Shown here: piece after piece, positions 8,696 through 19,009 of the stretch | How the letters are laid out: every line of letters begins with the position of its first letter | How positions within the stretch are numbered: the first letter of the stretch is position 1 | Assembly (NCBI GenBank): GCA_963791795.1 | Contig: CAWBTP010000035.1 | Span: 35,578 to 99,577, forward strand | Direction: 5' to 3' | DNA: 64,000 nt | Source of the DNA: an uncultured Acidimicrobiia bacterium | GTDB taxonomy: Bacteria > Acidobacteriota > Terriglobia > Versatilivoradales > Versatilivoraceae | Notes under the pieces: model-generated | Told to the model about the DNA's origin: nothing | Databases searched by the model: none | What the model saw: the letters and a program-made list of their open reading frames with translations, nothing else | Program-made: the position numbers and the translations under genes

Positions 8696-9460
8696 TTACC
8701 GGAAAAAAATCAGAATCAACCGAACCAGAAGCACATCGGCAACAATGACGAACAGCGATGCCAAAACCACTGCTCCCGTGGCTGATCTGCCGACTCCTTC
8801 CGTGCCGCCCTTGGTTCGCACTCCTTGAAAGCACCCGATCAGGCCAATGATCAGTCCGAAGATGGCCGTGCGGAAGGTGGCTGGCAGAAAATCGCGAAAC
8901 TCTAAGTTCTTGGTTCCCTCCTCCCAATACAAATTGAAAGAGATCGGATCGCGCGACGTTGTAGCAACCCAACCCATGATGATGCCGGTGAAATCAGCCA
9001 CCAAAGTCAGGAGCGGCAGCATACAGATGCAAGCAAGAACTCTAGTCGCCACCAAAAACTTGAAAGGATTGACTGCCGAAGCCTCGATTGCGTCAATCTG
9101 CTCGGTCACCTTCATCGAACCGAGCTCTGCCCCGATGCCGGCGGCGACGCGCCCGCTCACCACCAACGCTGTGATGATTGGTCCGGTCTCCTGCGTGATC
9201 GACATGATGATCACTACGGGTTGCAAGGCTTCGGCGCCGAAACGAATCAGACTGTCTCGAGTGTGCAGGGACAACACAACGCCCATGGCGGCTCCAGCAA
9301 GAGCCACCAGAGGCAGGGACTTGGAGCCAACTTCGTCCATTTGCCGCACCGCCTCGCCCAGTTCGTAGGGCGGTTTCGCCGCCGTGCGAACAAGCTGGCC
9401 ACAAAAGACGCCAAGCTCTCCAAACCACTCGAACATAGCCAGAACAAGTTTCTTCACCAC
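8696..9460 (-). CDS. mlaE: MlaE family ABC transporter permease
   Basis: The 254-aa multi-TM ORF shows the typical MlaE layout (…TEQIDAIEA…FGLIIGLIGCFQG…) and is tightly packed with mlaF. Confidence 0.85.
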   Translation of the reverse strand: MVKKLVLAMFEWFGELGVFCGQLVRTAAKPPYELGEAVRQMDEVGSKSLPLVALAGAAMGVVLSLHTRDSLIRFGAEALQPVVIIMSITQETGPIITALVVSGRVAAGIGAELGSMKVTEQIDAIEASAVNPFKFLVATRVLACICMLPLLTLVADFTGIIMGWVATTSRDPISFNLYWEEGTKNLEFRDFLPATFRTAIFGLIIGLIGCFQGVRTKGGTEGVGRSATGAVVLASLFVIVADVLLVRLILIFFR

Positions 9461-9464
9461 AGTC

Positions 9465-9935
9465 CTAACCGGCTGGGTCTGGCTGTTCGGTGAACCGACC
9501 TGCCAGAAAGCCGAGCAATCGCAGAACGACGAGCATCAGCAGCGTCAGTCCAACCGCCACAATGAATTGGGACAACGCGACACTGATCCCAATTGCAGCG
9601 GCCAGCAGTAGCGAGGCCGCAGTCGTCAGCCCCTCAACGTGATGCCCTCCGTTCTGGTTGCGAATGATGGTGCCAGCGCCAAGAAAGCTGACGCCGGTGA
9701 TGACGGCTTCGATGATGCGGATAGGGTCACTCGTCAACATACTGGCGAGTTTCGCGTCGTAGTTTCGAACCATCACGTGGCCCAGAAGCACCAGAAGCGC
9801 CGCAGCGCCAGACACCAGCATGTGTGTTCGAAGGCCCGCAGGCTTGCGAGCGGCCTCGCGATCCAGGCCCACCAGCCCACCAAGGAACATGGCGACGACC
9901 ACATAGGCCAGCATTTGAAGTTGAGGTTGCTGCAT
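9465..9935 (-). CDS. MgtC/SapB family membrane protein
   Basis: MQQPQLQMLAYVVVAMFLGGLVGLDREAARKPAGLRTHMLVSG is the MgtC N-terminal signature. I took internal ATG 9935 because the upstream track extension is Arg/Pro junk. Confidence 0.75.
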   Translation of the reverse strand: MQQPQLQMLAYVVVAMFLGGLVGLDREAARKPAGLRTHMLVSGAAALLVLLGHVMVRNYDAKLASMLTSDPIRIIEAVITGVSFLGAGTIIRNQNGGHHVEGLTTAASLLLAAAIGISVALSQFIVAVGLTLLMLVVLRLLGFLAGRFTEQPDPAG

Positions 9936-10246
9936 GTCAGATCCTCTCGCGATTGCAAAATAGAATGACGAAAGCCTCCTTCTCCCTCGCGGTGGCTTGG
10001 GACCGGTGCTTCGCTCCGCGTTGGGTAGGGGACGGGCGTCCCGTGATGGTCTCCTTCTTACGGAGCCGCCCATTCTTCATGGTACGGGCTCCGCTGATCA
10101 CCGCTGTTCAATAATGACCTGCTGGCCGCCGCGAGACTTGGTCAGCGATCAACAACTTCTTTCGTATTACAATGATCCAGTCGAGTGAATGACCTTGGTC
10201 AAAACCGAGTAATTCCCCTGATTCCTGACAGCCTCCAAAGTCGCGC

Positions 10247-11970
10247 GTGAAAAACCATATGCACGGTTCGTTGCAATCTGCTCGCAAGAGCTGGTCAGTT
10301 CTCTCTTTGGCTTGTGGGGGCACGTTCGGCCTTGTTTTTTGTGCGTTGTTTCTTGCCTCTCCCGGGAAGGAGAGCAATCCGATATTTGTGGATGTGACTC
10401 AGGAGGCTGGGCTCAGCGCATTCAAGAACATTCAGGGAAGTTTGTCGAAGCAGCACATCATCGAGACCATGGGAGGAGGCGCGGCATTCTTCGACTATGA
10501 CCGGGACGGGAATCTCGACATCGTGTTGGTGCGAGGGTCAACCGTTGAGCAATTCCAGAAAGGAGGGAGCGCGCTTTGTTCACTGTTTCGCGGGGACGGT
10601 CGTGGACGCTTCAAGGACGTGACCGCAGCGGCGGGCATCCAGACGCGCGGTTGGGGAATGGGCGTCGTGATCGGTGACGTGGATAACGATGGCCGCGAAG
10701 ACCTCTTTCTTGCAGGATACGGATCCAACGCATTGCTGCGCAATCAAGGGGATGGAACATTCCGCGACGTTACAGCGGAATCGGGTCTGCAGAGTTCACG
10801 CTGGAGTGTCTCTGCGTCTTTTGCCGATTTTGATCGGGACGGCGATTTGGATTTGTATGTCGCCAACTATCTAACTTACGACCTCAAGCGACTTCCGGGG
10901 CGTGGCGCCGGGTGCACCTACCGGGGATTTGAGGTGTTCTGTGGGCCCCGCGGCCTTCCCGGCGAGCGGGATTCTCTTTACTTCAACGACGGCAAAGGTC
11001 ATTTCCAGGACGTAACGAAGCCACAAGGGCATCGACAGCGATAGCCTCTATGGTATGGGAGTCGCTGTGGCCGACTACGACAATGATGGCTGGCCGGATA
11101 TTTTCGTGGCCAATGATCTTACGCCCAATCTCCTGTATCACAATCGCGGGAAAGGTGAGTTTGAAGAAGTCGGGGCTCTGGCTGGCGTGGCTTTCGATGA
11201 GAACGGTGTGGAGGAAGGCTCGATGGGGGCTGACTTCGGAGACTTCAACAATGATGGTTGGCCCGATCTCTATTACACCAACTCCTCCTATCAGACCAAT
11301 CAACTCGCGGTGAATCTGCACAACGGCAATTTCAGTCTGAGGAGCTATCCTCTGGGACACGGTGAAACAACCTGGCTGTACGTCGGGTGGGGAACGTTCT
11401 TTGCCGACCTCGACAACGATGGCTGGGAGGAGATCTTTGTCGTCAACGGCCATTTGTATTCTCAGGCAGATCGCTTCGACATGGGCCTGAAGTACAAACA
11501 GCGGCCGTTGCTATTTCAAAACCGGCCTGGCAAAAAGTTCATCGAAGCCGAAGGAAGCTGGGGACCGGCTTTGCAGAATCCTGGGCTGGGGCGGGGTACC
11601 GCCTACGGAGACTACGACAACGACGGCGACCTGGACGTGCTGATCAACAATCTCGACTCAGCGCCAACGCTGCTGCGCAATGACGGAGGAAACCGCCGCT
11701 CCTGGCTCATGGTGAAGTGTGAAGGAAGCCAGTCCAATCGTTCAGCAATAGGAACCCGTCTGATTCTTCGCGATGGAAGCACGCAACAAATGCGTGAAGT
11801 GAAAGCAGGTTCCAGCTATGCTTCACAGTAGCGACACACGAGTTCATTTCGGTCTGAATGCTCAATCGGAGGTCTCCCGACTGGAGGTGCGATGGCCATC
11901 TGGCAAGACTCAGATACTCTCGAACCTCAAGGCCAGGCAGATCCTTCAGCTGAAAGAACCCAGTCCTTGA
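10247..11970 (+). CDS. CRTAC1/ASPIC-UnbV family FG-GAP (VCBS) repeat protein, with two +1 frame breaks (about 11027-11029 and about 11829)
   Basis: It has repeated D-x-D-x-DG motifs (FFDYDRDGNLD, DVDNDGREDL, FDRDGDLDL, DYDNDGWPDI, FNNDGWPDL, DLDNDGWEE, DYDNDGDLD). The UnbV_ASPIC tail NRSAIGTRLILRDGSTQQMREVKAGSSYASQ|SDTRVHFGL...LEVRWPSGK continues past the track stop after removing one T. Confidence 0.8.
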
Positions 11971-12012
11971 TTTCCGAGGTCGTCACGGCTGGAGTAGCCC
12001 GCACTTCCAACC

Positions 12013-12042
12013 TTGACAGGCGTCCAAGCCGCTCACGATAAT
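12013..12042 (+). promoter_or_regulatory. sigma-70-like promoter candidate upstream of TonB receptor 1
   Basis: TTGACA (12013-12018), an 18-nt spacer, then GATAAT (12037-12042). Confidence 0.3.
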
Positions 12043-12192
12043 GACTGTTGTTCAGCCATCAAACAAGAGAATGAACCGGATTCATCTGTCGAAAACTGCC
12101 ATGGCTTCTTTGTCCTTTGAGATGCTGATCGCATCCGCGGCTTAGTCACTGGCGGTCAGTGGTAGATAGCATGCGCCTCTCGACAAACAAGA

Positions 12193-15100
12193 GTGTCACC
12201 TCCAGATATTGTCGCGATCGTGCGCACGCTGGTCCTTGCTGCCGGAATATGTCTGAGCGCCGGGGCGAGCTTCCAACTCCACGCGCAATCCGACCGTGGA
12301 CGAATCGTGGGGACCGTGAGGGACTTGACTCGAGCCGTGCTCCCCAGAGTATCCATCTCGGCGACCAATCTAGGGACGGGCTTCCGCACTCGAGCAGTGA
12401 GCAGCGATTCTGGGTACTACGTTCTGCCCTATTTGCCGGCCGGAACTTTCAGGATCACAGCAGAGTTGTCAGGCTTTAAGACGCATGTCCTCGGCCGGGT
12501 TGTTCTGCAAGTTGCCCAAACCTTGCGGCAGGACATTACGCTCGAACTTGGTGAGCTGAGTGAAACCATCGAAATCAGCCCGGAGCGCGTTCTCCAGAGC
12601 GAAACTTCGACTGCTGCCACTGTGATCGATAACCACCAGGTGGTTGAACTGCCGCTGAACGGCCGAAGCTTTACGGAATTGACAGTTCTGGTACCGGGTG
12701 CCGTCCCGAATCCGAATCCTACTTTCCTGACGAGTGGAACCAATGTTTCGGTAAGCGGCACGCGCAGCGAGAACAACAATTTCACGCTCGACGGGGTTAA
12801 CAACAACGAAACCTTCTTCAAGCAGTTCGCGGTGCAACCCTCGCTGGACGCGATTCAGGAATTTGCCATTCAGACTAATGTCGCGTCGGCTGAGTACGGA
12901 AGTGGGGCCGGCTCGCAGATTAATGTCATTACCAAATCGGGCGGCGAAACTTTCCACGGAAGCCTTTTCGAGTTTGTGCGCAACGATCTGTTTGATGCGC
13001 GCGACGCCTTCGCCAAAGACAAACCCAACTTCCGGCAGAACCAGTTCGGCGCGACGATCTCAGGTCCCTTAGCGATTCCTCGCGTTATTCCGGCCACACA
13101 TAATACCTATTTCATGGTGAACTATGAGGGCTTTCGCTTCCGGAGAGACTCCAGCATTTACTCGACCGTGCCGACAGCGGCCATGCTCGCGGGCGATCTG
13201 TCGCTGGATGTGACGGGAAAACCAGCAGCACCGATCTACGATCCGTTGACGCTTCGACCTGACCCGTCGAGGCCCGGCGCGTGGATTCGCGATCCCTTTC
13301 CTCAAAACATCATTCCGAAGAATCGCGTCGATCCCATCGCGTCACATTTATGCACAGCGATTTCTGCCTGAACCGAACCTGCCGGGCCTGGCGGCGAACC
13401 TGGTGAACAGCAAACCCGGAAAGAATGACTCCGATCAGGTCACGATTCGGATCGATCACAAGCTCAACGAGAACCACACCCTGTTCGGTCGATTCTCCGG
13501 CGTCGATTCACGGGCGCTTCGTCCGGGTCCTTTGCCGACAGTGGACAACACGTTGGGAAACTACTTTCGAAATCTGGTTCTGAACGGCACTCATGTCTTG
13601 AGTCCCTCAATGACCTTCGACCTCAAGCTGGGTTACCACCGAAACAATCTTCGCGTAGCCGATAGCGCGCCGGGAGGTTTGCCAGGTGTTTCTGAGTTTC
13701 TCGAGAGCACCGGGATTCAAGGCGTCTCGGTAAAGAGCGAGGCGATACCTTTGTATCCGCAGCTGAACGTGTCGGGCTTGTTTGCGGTGAACCAAAGTGG
13801 ATTTCCTTTTCCAGACGACACCTACCAGGCCGTTGCGAGTTTGAGCCGTATTCAAGGGAAGCACTTCCTGAAAATGGGTATGGATGTCCAACATCGGCGG
13901 AACATGGACGACGGTTTGTTTAGTGCTATTTTCACGTTCACGAAAGATCCGACGACGGATCCGCAGAACGTGCACGGCACTGGGCAGGCGCTGGCCGCCT
14001 TTCTGCTGGGACTGCCTAACCAGGCGTATCGCAACGTCGGCGACACCGCCGCGTTTATGCGAAGCAACAGTTACCACACCTACCTTCAGGACGACTGGAA
14101 GTTGACGCAGCGGCTGACTCTGAACCTGGGCTTGCGTTATGAATACACACAATGGCCGCGCCATCGGGATGACAAACTGGCGTCGTTCGATCTGGAAGAG
14201 GACAAATTCATTTGGGCGGGCCGAAATCCGGTCACCGGAGAAGGTCCGAACACTATTCCCTCCATCGTGCCTCCTGACCGCAATAACTTCGCTCCTCGAT
14301 TTGGCCTGGCGTATCTGTTGAACAGCCGGGCGACGGTTCGCGGGGGCTACGGCATTTTCTACAACTCCAACTTTCTCTGGGAGGGGCAGGGCGTTCGCGG
14401 CAATTGGCCGTATGCCATCAGCGAAGCGCTAACCGCGCTTAACACGACACAGCCGGATTCTCCGTTGAAGACGACATTCACCCCGGATCTCGACGTCCAG
14501 CCTGGCTCGGCCGTGGCCCCAAGCGCACAACACATCGTTGACCGACGCAACCGTGTCGGTTACTCGCAACAGTGGAATCTACATATGCAGCACGAACTGG
14601 CTCGGGATCTGCTTCTGGAGGCGGGCTACGTAGGCACAAAGGGAACCAAGCTCTCCATCTTCCTCAGCGGAAACGATCCCGAACCGGGGCCAGGAGATCC
14701 AAATCCACGCCGGCCGCATCCGTCCGTGGGCTCGGTAAGCCTAATGACGGCCGTGGCGACCTCGAGCTATCACGGCCTTCAGATCAAACTGGAGAAGAGG
14801 TTTGTTCAAGGACTGGGGATTTTGGGTTGCTACACCTTCAGCAAGGCCATAAGCATTGGCGGAGATGGTTTTGGCATGAGTGCCAGCCCGCAGAATTCGC
14901 GAGACCTCAGCGCAGATCGGGGTTTGTCGGCGTTTCACCGCCGGAATAATTTCGTGGTGAGTTATGTCTACGAACTGCCTTTCAAAAATAGGCTGCTCGA
15001 GGGAGCGCGGTGGAGGACAATCAGCACCTCCATCCTTCAAGGCTGGGAGATCAACGGCATCACGACGGCACGAACGGGCCAACCAATCAATGTTACAATT

Positions 15101-15481
15101 CCGCGCGATATCCCGAATATCGGTTCGCGCGGCTATGTGGTGCGGCCGAATCTTGTAGCCGATCCGCACCTCAAAGACCCGGTATCCTCGGCATGGTTTA
15201 ACCGGGCGGCCTTTGAGGAACCCGATGCCTATCAGTTTGGCAGCGCTGGACGTAATGTCGTCGTCGGCCCTGGAACCTACAACTGGACGTTTGGCTTGTT
15301 CAAGAACATCGATTTTCAGGAACGGCAAAAGCGGATTCAGTTTCGGATTGAAGCCTTCAATCTGTTCAATCGGGTAAATCTGTCCAATCCCGATACCAAT
15401 TTTGATTCGGCCACGTTCGGGCAGGTGCTGGCTGCGGCCCCGGCCAGGCAAGTTCAGTTCGGGTTGAAATATCTTTTCTAG
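12193..15481 (+). CDS. TonB-dependent receptor with N-terminal carboxypeptidase-regulatory-like domain (copy 1), with one +1 frame break near 13345-13355
   Basis: It has a signal peptide, then GRIVGTVRD...YYVLPYLPAGTFRITAE (CarboxypepD_reg), a plug region (VVELPLNGRSFTELTVLVPGAV) and a long beta-barrel ending QVQFGLKYLF. Track ORFs 12193-13371 and 13403-15481 join as ...RVDPIA|IYAQRFLPEPNLPG. Confidence 0.85.
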
Positions 15482-15493
15482 ACCCCCTCTTAA

Positions 15494-15535
15494 TCTCCCC
15501 CTTATGCGCTTTGCAAGGGGGAGAAAGTTTCTTTC
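15494..15535 (+). terminator. hairpin 13 nt after the receptor-1 stop (also a family-B-type repeat)
   Basis: A 10-bp stem TCTCCCCCTT/AAGGGGGAGA (15494-15503/15515-15524) is followed by the T-rich AAGTTTCTTTCG. Confidence 0.45.
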
Positions 15536-15641
15536 GCCGTCGCACGCGGTGTCCTCTTGGACAAGGGGAGCTGTGAAGAATTGAAAGTTGGGTCCTTCGA
15601 GCGGAAGGCGTGAGCAGGAGCGCCCGCTCCACCAGGGTGGA

Positions 15642-15663
15642 ACCCGCGCTCCGCGCGGGTTTT
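15642..15663 (+). terminator. second terminator-like hairpin
   Basis: ACCCGCG-CTCCG-CGCGGGT is followed by TTT. Confidence 0.35.
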
Positions 15664-15773
15664 AGGATCTAGACTCATACACGTGAACAGCCACCGTTTG
15701 TCGCGTTCAATGTTTTTCACAGCTTCAGGGGGGTTGTAACCCATCAATCCCGAAGCTCGAAGTCTAGACTGTT

Positions 15774-15806
15774 TGTCGTAAATGGCTATCCTTGGGCTGT
15801 CATAGT
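15774..15806 (+). promoter_or_regulatory. promoter-like motif TGTCGTAAA-N15-TGTCATAGT, 26 nt upstream of the ECF sigma gene
   Basis: Both blocks recur exactly at 18886-18917 upstream of receptor 2, and a weaker copy lies at 12087-12119 upstream of receptor 1. Confidence 0.4.
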
Positions 15807-15832
15807 TTATTTGAGCGGAGACTCGGCTCCAA

Positions 15833-16411
15833 ATGCGAAGCGGAGCTAAGCAGGCGCTAGCGGTTTTACTGGGAAGCCAGGAGCTTCACCAGGAACGTAG
15901 AGCTACGGAGCTTGAAGGAAAAGTCTCAGAATTGTTCCTTCTCTACAAGCTTCCGATCTACCGCTATCTGCTCGGGCAGCTCGGGAATCGCGACGATGCG
16001 GAAGAGATGATGCAAGAGGTCTTTCTCTCCCTCTATGGCACCCTTAGGAAGGGAACCCGCATCGACAATGTCCGGGCGTGGGTTTTCCGTGTGGCGCACA
16101 ATCTGGCGGTGAACCAGCAGAAGCGACCACGCATCGTTGAAGCTCTCGACGAAGATCAGTGGTGGAGACTGTGCCAGGAACGATCGGACCCGGCAGCCGA
16201 TAGCGAGGAGCGCCTATTGCGCGAGGAGAAACGAACCCGGGTGATCAAGGCCATGAAATCTCTCTCGCCGCAGGAGCGCCATTGTCTCGATCTGCGCGCC
16301 GAGGGGTTGTGTTTCAGGGAAATTGCCGAAGTGCTGGGGATTCGCATTTCCAGCGTCGAAACCTTTCTGGATCGGGGCATCCGCAAAATTGCCAGAGAAA
16401 TTAATGATTAG
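15833..16411 (+). CDS. ECF (group 4) sigma-70 family RNA polymerase sigma factor
   Basis: Region 2 reads EEMMQEVFLSLY...WVFRVAHNLAVNQ and the region 4 HTH reads LSPQERHCLDLRAEGLCFREIAEVLGIRISSVETFLDRGIRKI. The stop overlaps the next start (ATGATTAG). Confidence 0.85.
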   Translation: MRSGAKQALAVLLGSQELHQERRATELEGKVSELFLLYKLPIYRYLLGQLGNRDDAEEMMQEVFLSLYGTLRKGTRIDNVRAWVFRVAHNLAVNQQKRPRIVEALDEDQWWRLCQERSDPAADSEERLLREEKRTRVIKAMKSLSPQERHCLDLRAEGLCFREIAEVLGIRISSVETFLDRGIRKIAREIND

Positions 16412-18396
16412 ACGTACCTGGTGGGCACGCAAACATTGGCATCCGTCTGAGCGAGACCTGCTGCTTTTTGTCAACGGCGAAGCGGGCACTGCACTGGCAC
16501 GGAATGTCCGCGGCCATTTGGACGGATGCTGGTCCTGCTCGTTGAAACGCGATCAAATGGCCGGAGCCATTGCTGCCTTCATGCGCGAACGCGAAAGCGG
16601 GTTGGGTACCGAAGAACTTTCGGAAACAGCCGACCGGAAGTTCGAGTCGAAGTTACGCCGTGCCGCGCAGCAAGCCGGGGTTGAGCGCGACTCAGCCCGG
16701 CGCAGCCCGAGTGGGCGCTGGCTCGGAGTGCCCCTGTCAGCCGTCGTGGCATTCAGCCTGATGGCAGTGTTGGCTGGCTTCGTCTGGTTGCGGTTCGGGT
16801 CGGTTCCATCAGTGTCGGCGCGGGAAATATTGAGCCAGGCTGAACAGGCGGAAGACAGGAAGGATGCGTGCTGTCGCTGAGCCGGTCATTCATCAACAGT
16901 TTCAAGTCACACGGCTGAAAAATGGGAAGTCGCCCCAGTCAACTTACCTCGAGATCTGGCACGACCCGAAGAGCAATCGCTGGAGGCAGGAGACAGAGGA
17001 GGCGGCTGCAGTTTCTGGAGTACTGATTCCGAAGGTGGCATCGAAGAACAGATCGCACCAGGGGAGCGGTGCCTCCGATCATCCGGTAATTCAGGAACTT
17101 CAGAATGTCCTGAAGTCAAACGATCTGCACCCAAACCCGGTCTCTCTCTCCGCATTCGCCGCCTGGCGTTCTAAACTCAGGAACCCGGCCGAAAGCATCA
17201 CAGAAACAGTCCTTGAGGGCGGTGCCGAAGCGTTGACGATTACAACGGCCGCAACTGAGCCCGTTGCTGACAACCGGATCACAAAAGCAGAGTTCGTCGT
17301 CCGCCGGCATGACTGGCATCCCGTGGAGCATCGACTAAACATTTCCGAACCCGATGGGTTTCGCAGTTACGAGATTCGCGAAACCTCGTTCGAAGTCGTG
17401 GCACTGGGTTCGCTCGGGGCCTCTGTCTTCGACCAGACCGTGTTGCCACCTCCATTGGCATTGCAGATCAGTCTTCCGGATCGCCAGCCGGTGTCCGGGA
17501 ATCCGGTCGATGCCTTGGAGCTTGAAATGACGTTGGTTCATCTCCTGCATCAGGCTGGCGCCTGCTTGGGGGAAGAGGTTCACATCGTTGAAGGAGCTGC
17601 TGGAAAGCTGCTTGAACTTCGCGGCGTTGTTGAGAGCTTTGAAAGAAAGCAGGAACTGATCAGGCTGTTTGCTGAATTCCCAGATGTTCCGGTTTCACTT
17701 CAGGTTCCTGGTGGCGAGGAGACTGCCGGATCTCCGAGTGCCGGAACGCCGGAAGTACCAGCTGCGGCTGAGACGACGGGGACTCAAGGCGACAACGGAC
17801 CCTCGCCCATGAAAGACCACTTGATGGCGCACTTTGCTCTTCTTGACCTGCCACGGGAAGCGCAGCGCGCAAAAATGGTGGAATTCTCGAACCTCGTGAT
17901 CGCACAGTCGCAGTCTGCCTACAGCAATGCCTGGGCATTGCGGCGATTGCTCGAACGGTTCAACAAGGTACCTTTGGAGAGCCTATCTCCGGTGGCGCTG
18001 GCAAGGTTGCAATCCATGGCTCAGGATCATTTGCGGGAGCTTTCGATCCAGGTCGGTCGCTGCGAAGACACGCTTCGACCAATTCTGGGTTCGCTAGGTA
18101 GCCCTGAGAATCCCGCAGGCGGCAACGCGGCCGGTTCTGCGCCCAGTGAATTGACCTTACCCTCGCGGTCGATGCGAGTGTTTGAATCCGTCATCAATGC
18201 GGATCGCCTCATTCACGCTTTGCTCGTGGGCACCGACGTAACCCCTAACCTGAGAGAAAGTAGCTCTGCTCTGCTCGCCGGTCTTCCAAAGATTCAGGAA
18301 GACATTCGGGCGATGGAAACTCAGTTGGCAGGCCTCGTTTCAGCGTCCCAACCACTTGCGACATCGACGCAGTCAAATCCGCAGCGCGTCCCTTGA
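16404..18396 (+). CDS. ZAS-type anti-sigma factor with one TM and a large extracytoplasmic region; probable +1 frame break near 16865
   Basis: An HxxxCxxC motif (HLDGCWSC) lies about 40 aa from the N-terminus and the TM is LSAVVAFSLMAVLAGFVWL. The track splits it into 16323-16880 and 16864-18396, which overlap by 17 nt, and the ATG of the second ORF has no usable SD spacing. Two separate genes cannot be excluded. Confidence 0.55.
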
Positions 18397-18491
18397 AAGT
18401 AAGCTCCCCTCCTCAGTCGAGGAGGGGATGCCGTGGCCAACGGCCACGGCGGGGGTGGTTGCTGCCGGGTGGGATGGTTTCCCTTCCCAAC

Positions 18492-18570
18492 CCCCCGAAG
18501 TCCCCCCTTGTCCAAGGGGGACGGTATTTTCATCTAACGTGGCACCGTAACGCGGCATGAAAAACTTCCC
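18492..18570. repeat. intergenic repeat family B, copy 1 (core CCCCCCTTGTCCAAGGGGGAC)
   Basis: It is roughly 85% identical by eye, in direct orientation, to 44629-44708. Short related hairpins lie at 15494-15524, 22525-22550, 24445-24480 and 47817-47834. Confidence 0.8.
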
Positions 18571-18625
18571 CTGAATCTCTTACCCCCCTTGGTTTTCATT
18601 CGCAGTTCCGCTTCGAACGTTCTTC

Positions 18626-18731
18626 CGTCATTCCCGCGAAAGAACGTCATCCCGGCGGATCGTAAGCCGGGGCGGGAATCCAGGCCTGTTTGTGAAAGCC
18701 CACTGGATTCTCACTTTCGTGGGAATGACGG
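18626..18731. repeat. intergenic repeat family A, full-length MITE-like copy (about 106 bp) with about 17-bp terminal inverted repeats
   Basis: The ends are CGTCATTCCCGCGAAAG ... CTTTCGTGGGAATGACG. The internal segment AACGTCATCCCGGCGGATCGTAAGCCGGGGCGGGAATCCAG is the reverse complement of the cores at 51426-51480 and 56553-56611. Confidence 0.8.
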
Positions 18732-18885
18732 GAAGCAATTGAGAACTTTCAAAACTCAAACGGTGGTATGAAGGTCCGATTCAGTCGCACTATTCTGCTG
18801 CATTTTCATAATTAGTGGGATTTTGTCCGGCTTTCTTCGATTCTTCAGACCAGACCAGGGTCGTTTGAATATTCTTCAGTTTGCT

Positions 18886-18917
18886 TGTCGTAAAAGTCCC
18901 GCCTGAATTGTCATAGT
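18886..18917 (+). promoter_or_regulatory. promoter-like motif TGTCGTAAA-N14-TGTCATAGT, 92 nt upstream of TonB receptor 2
   Basis: Both blocks recur exactly at 15774-15806. Confidence 0.4.
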
Positions 18918-19009
18918 AATGTAAAGCGCATTGTGTGAGCTGTGGGAGGTAACCGTGTGTTGCCCAGTCTCTTTAGTTTGAGGCGAACTGTTCTTCTGAG
19001 GATAAATCA

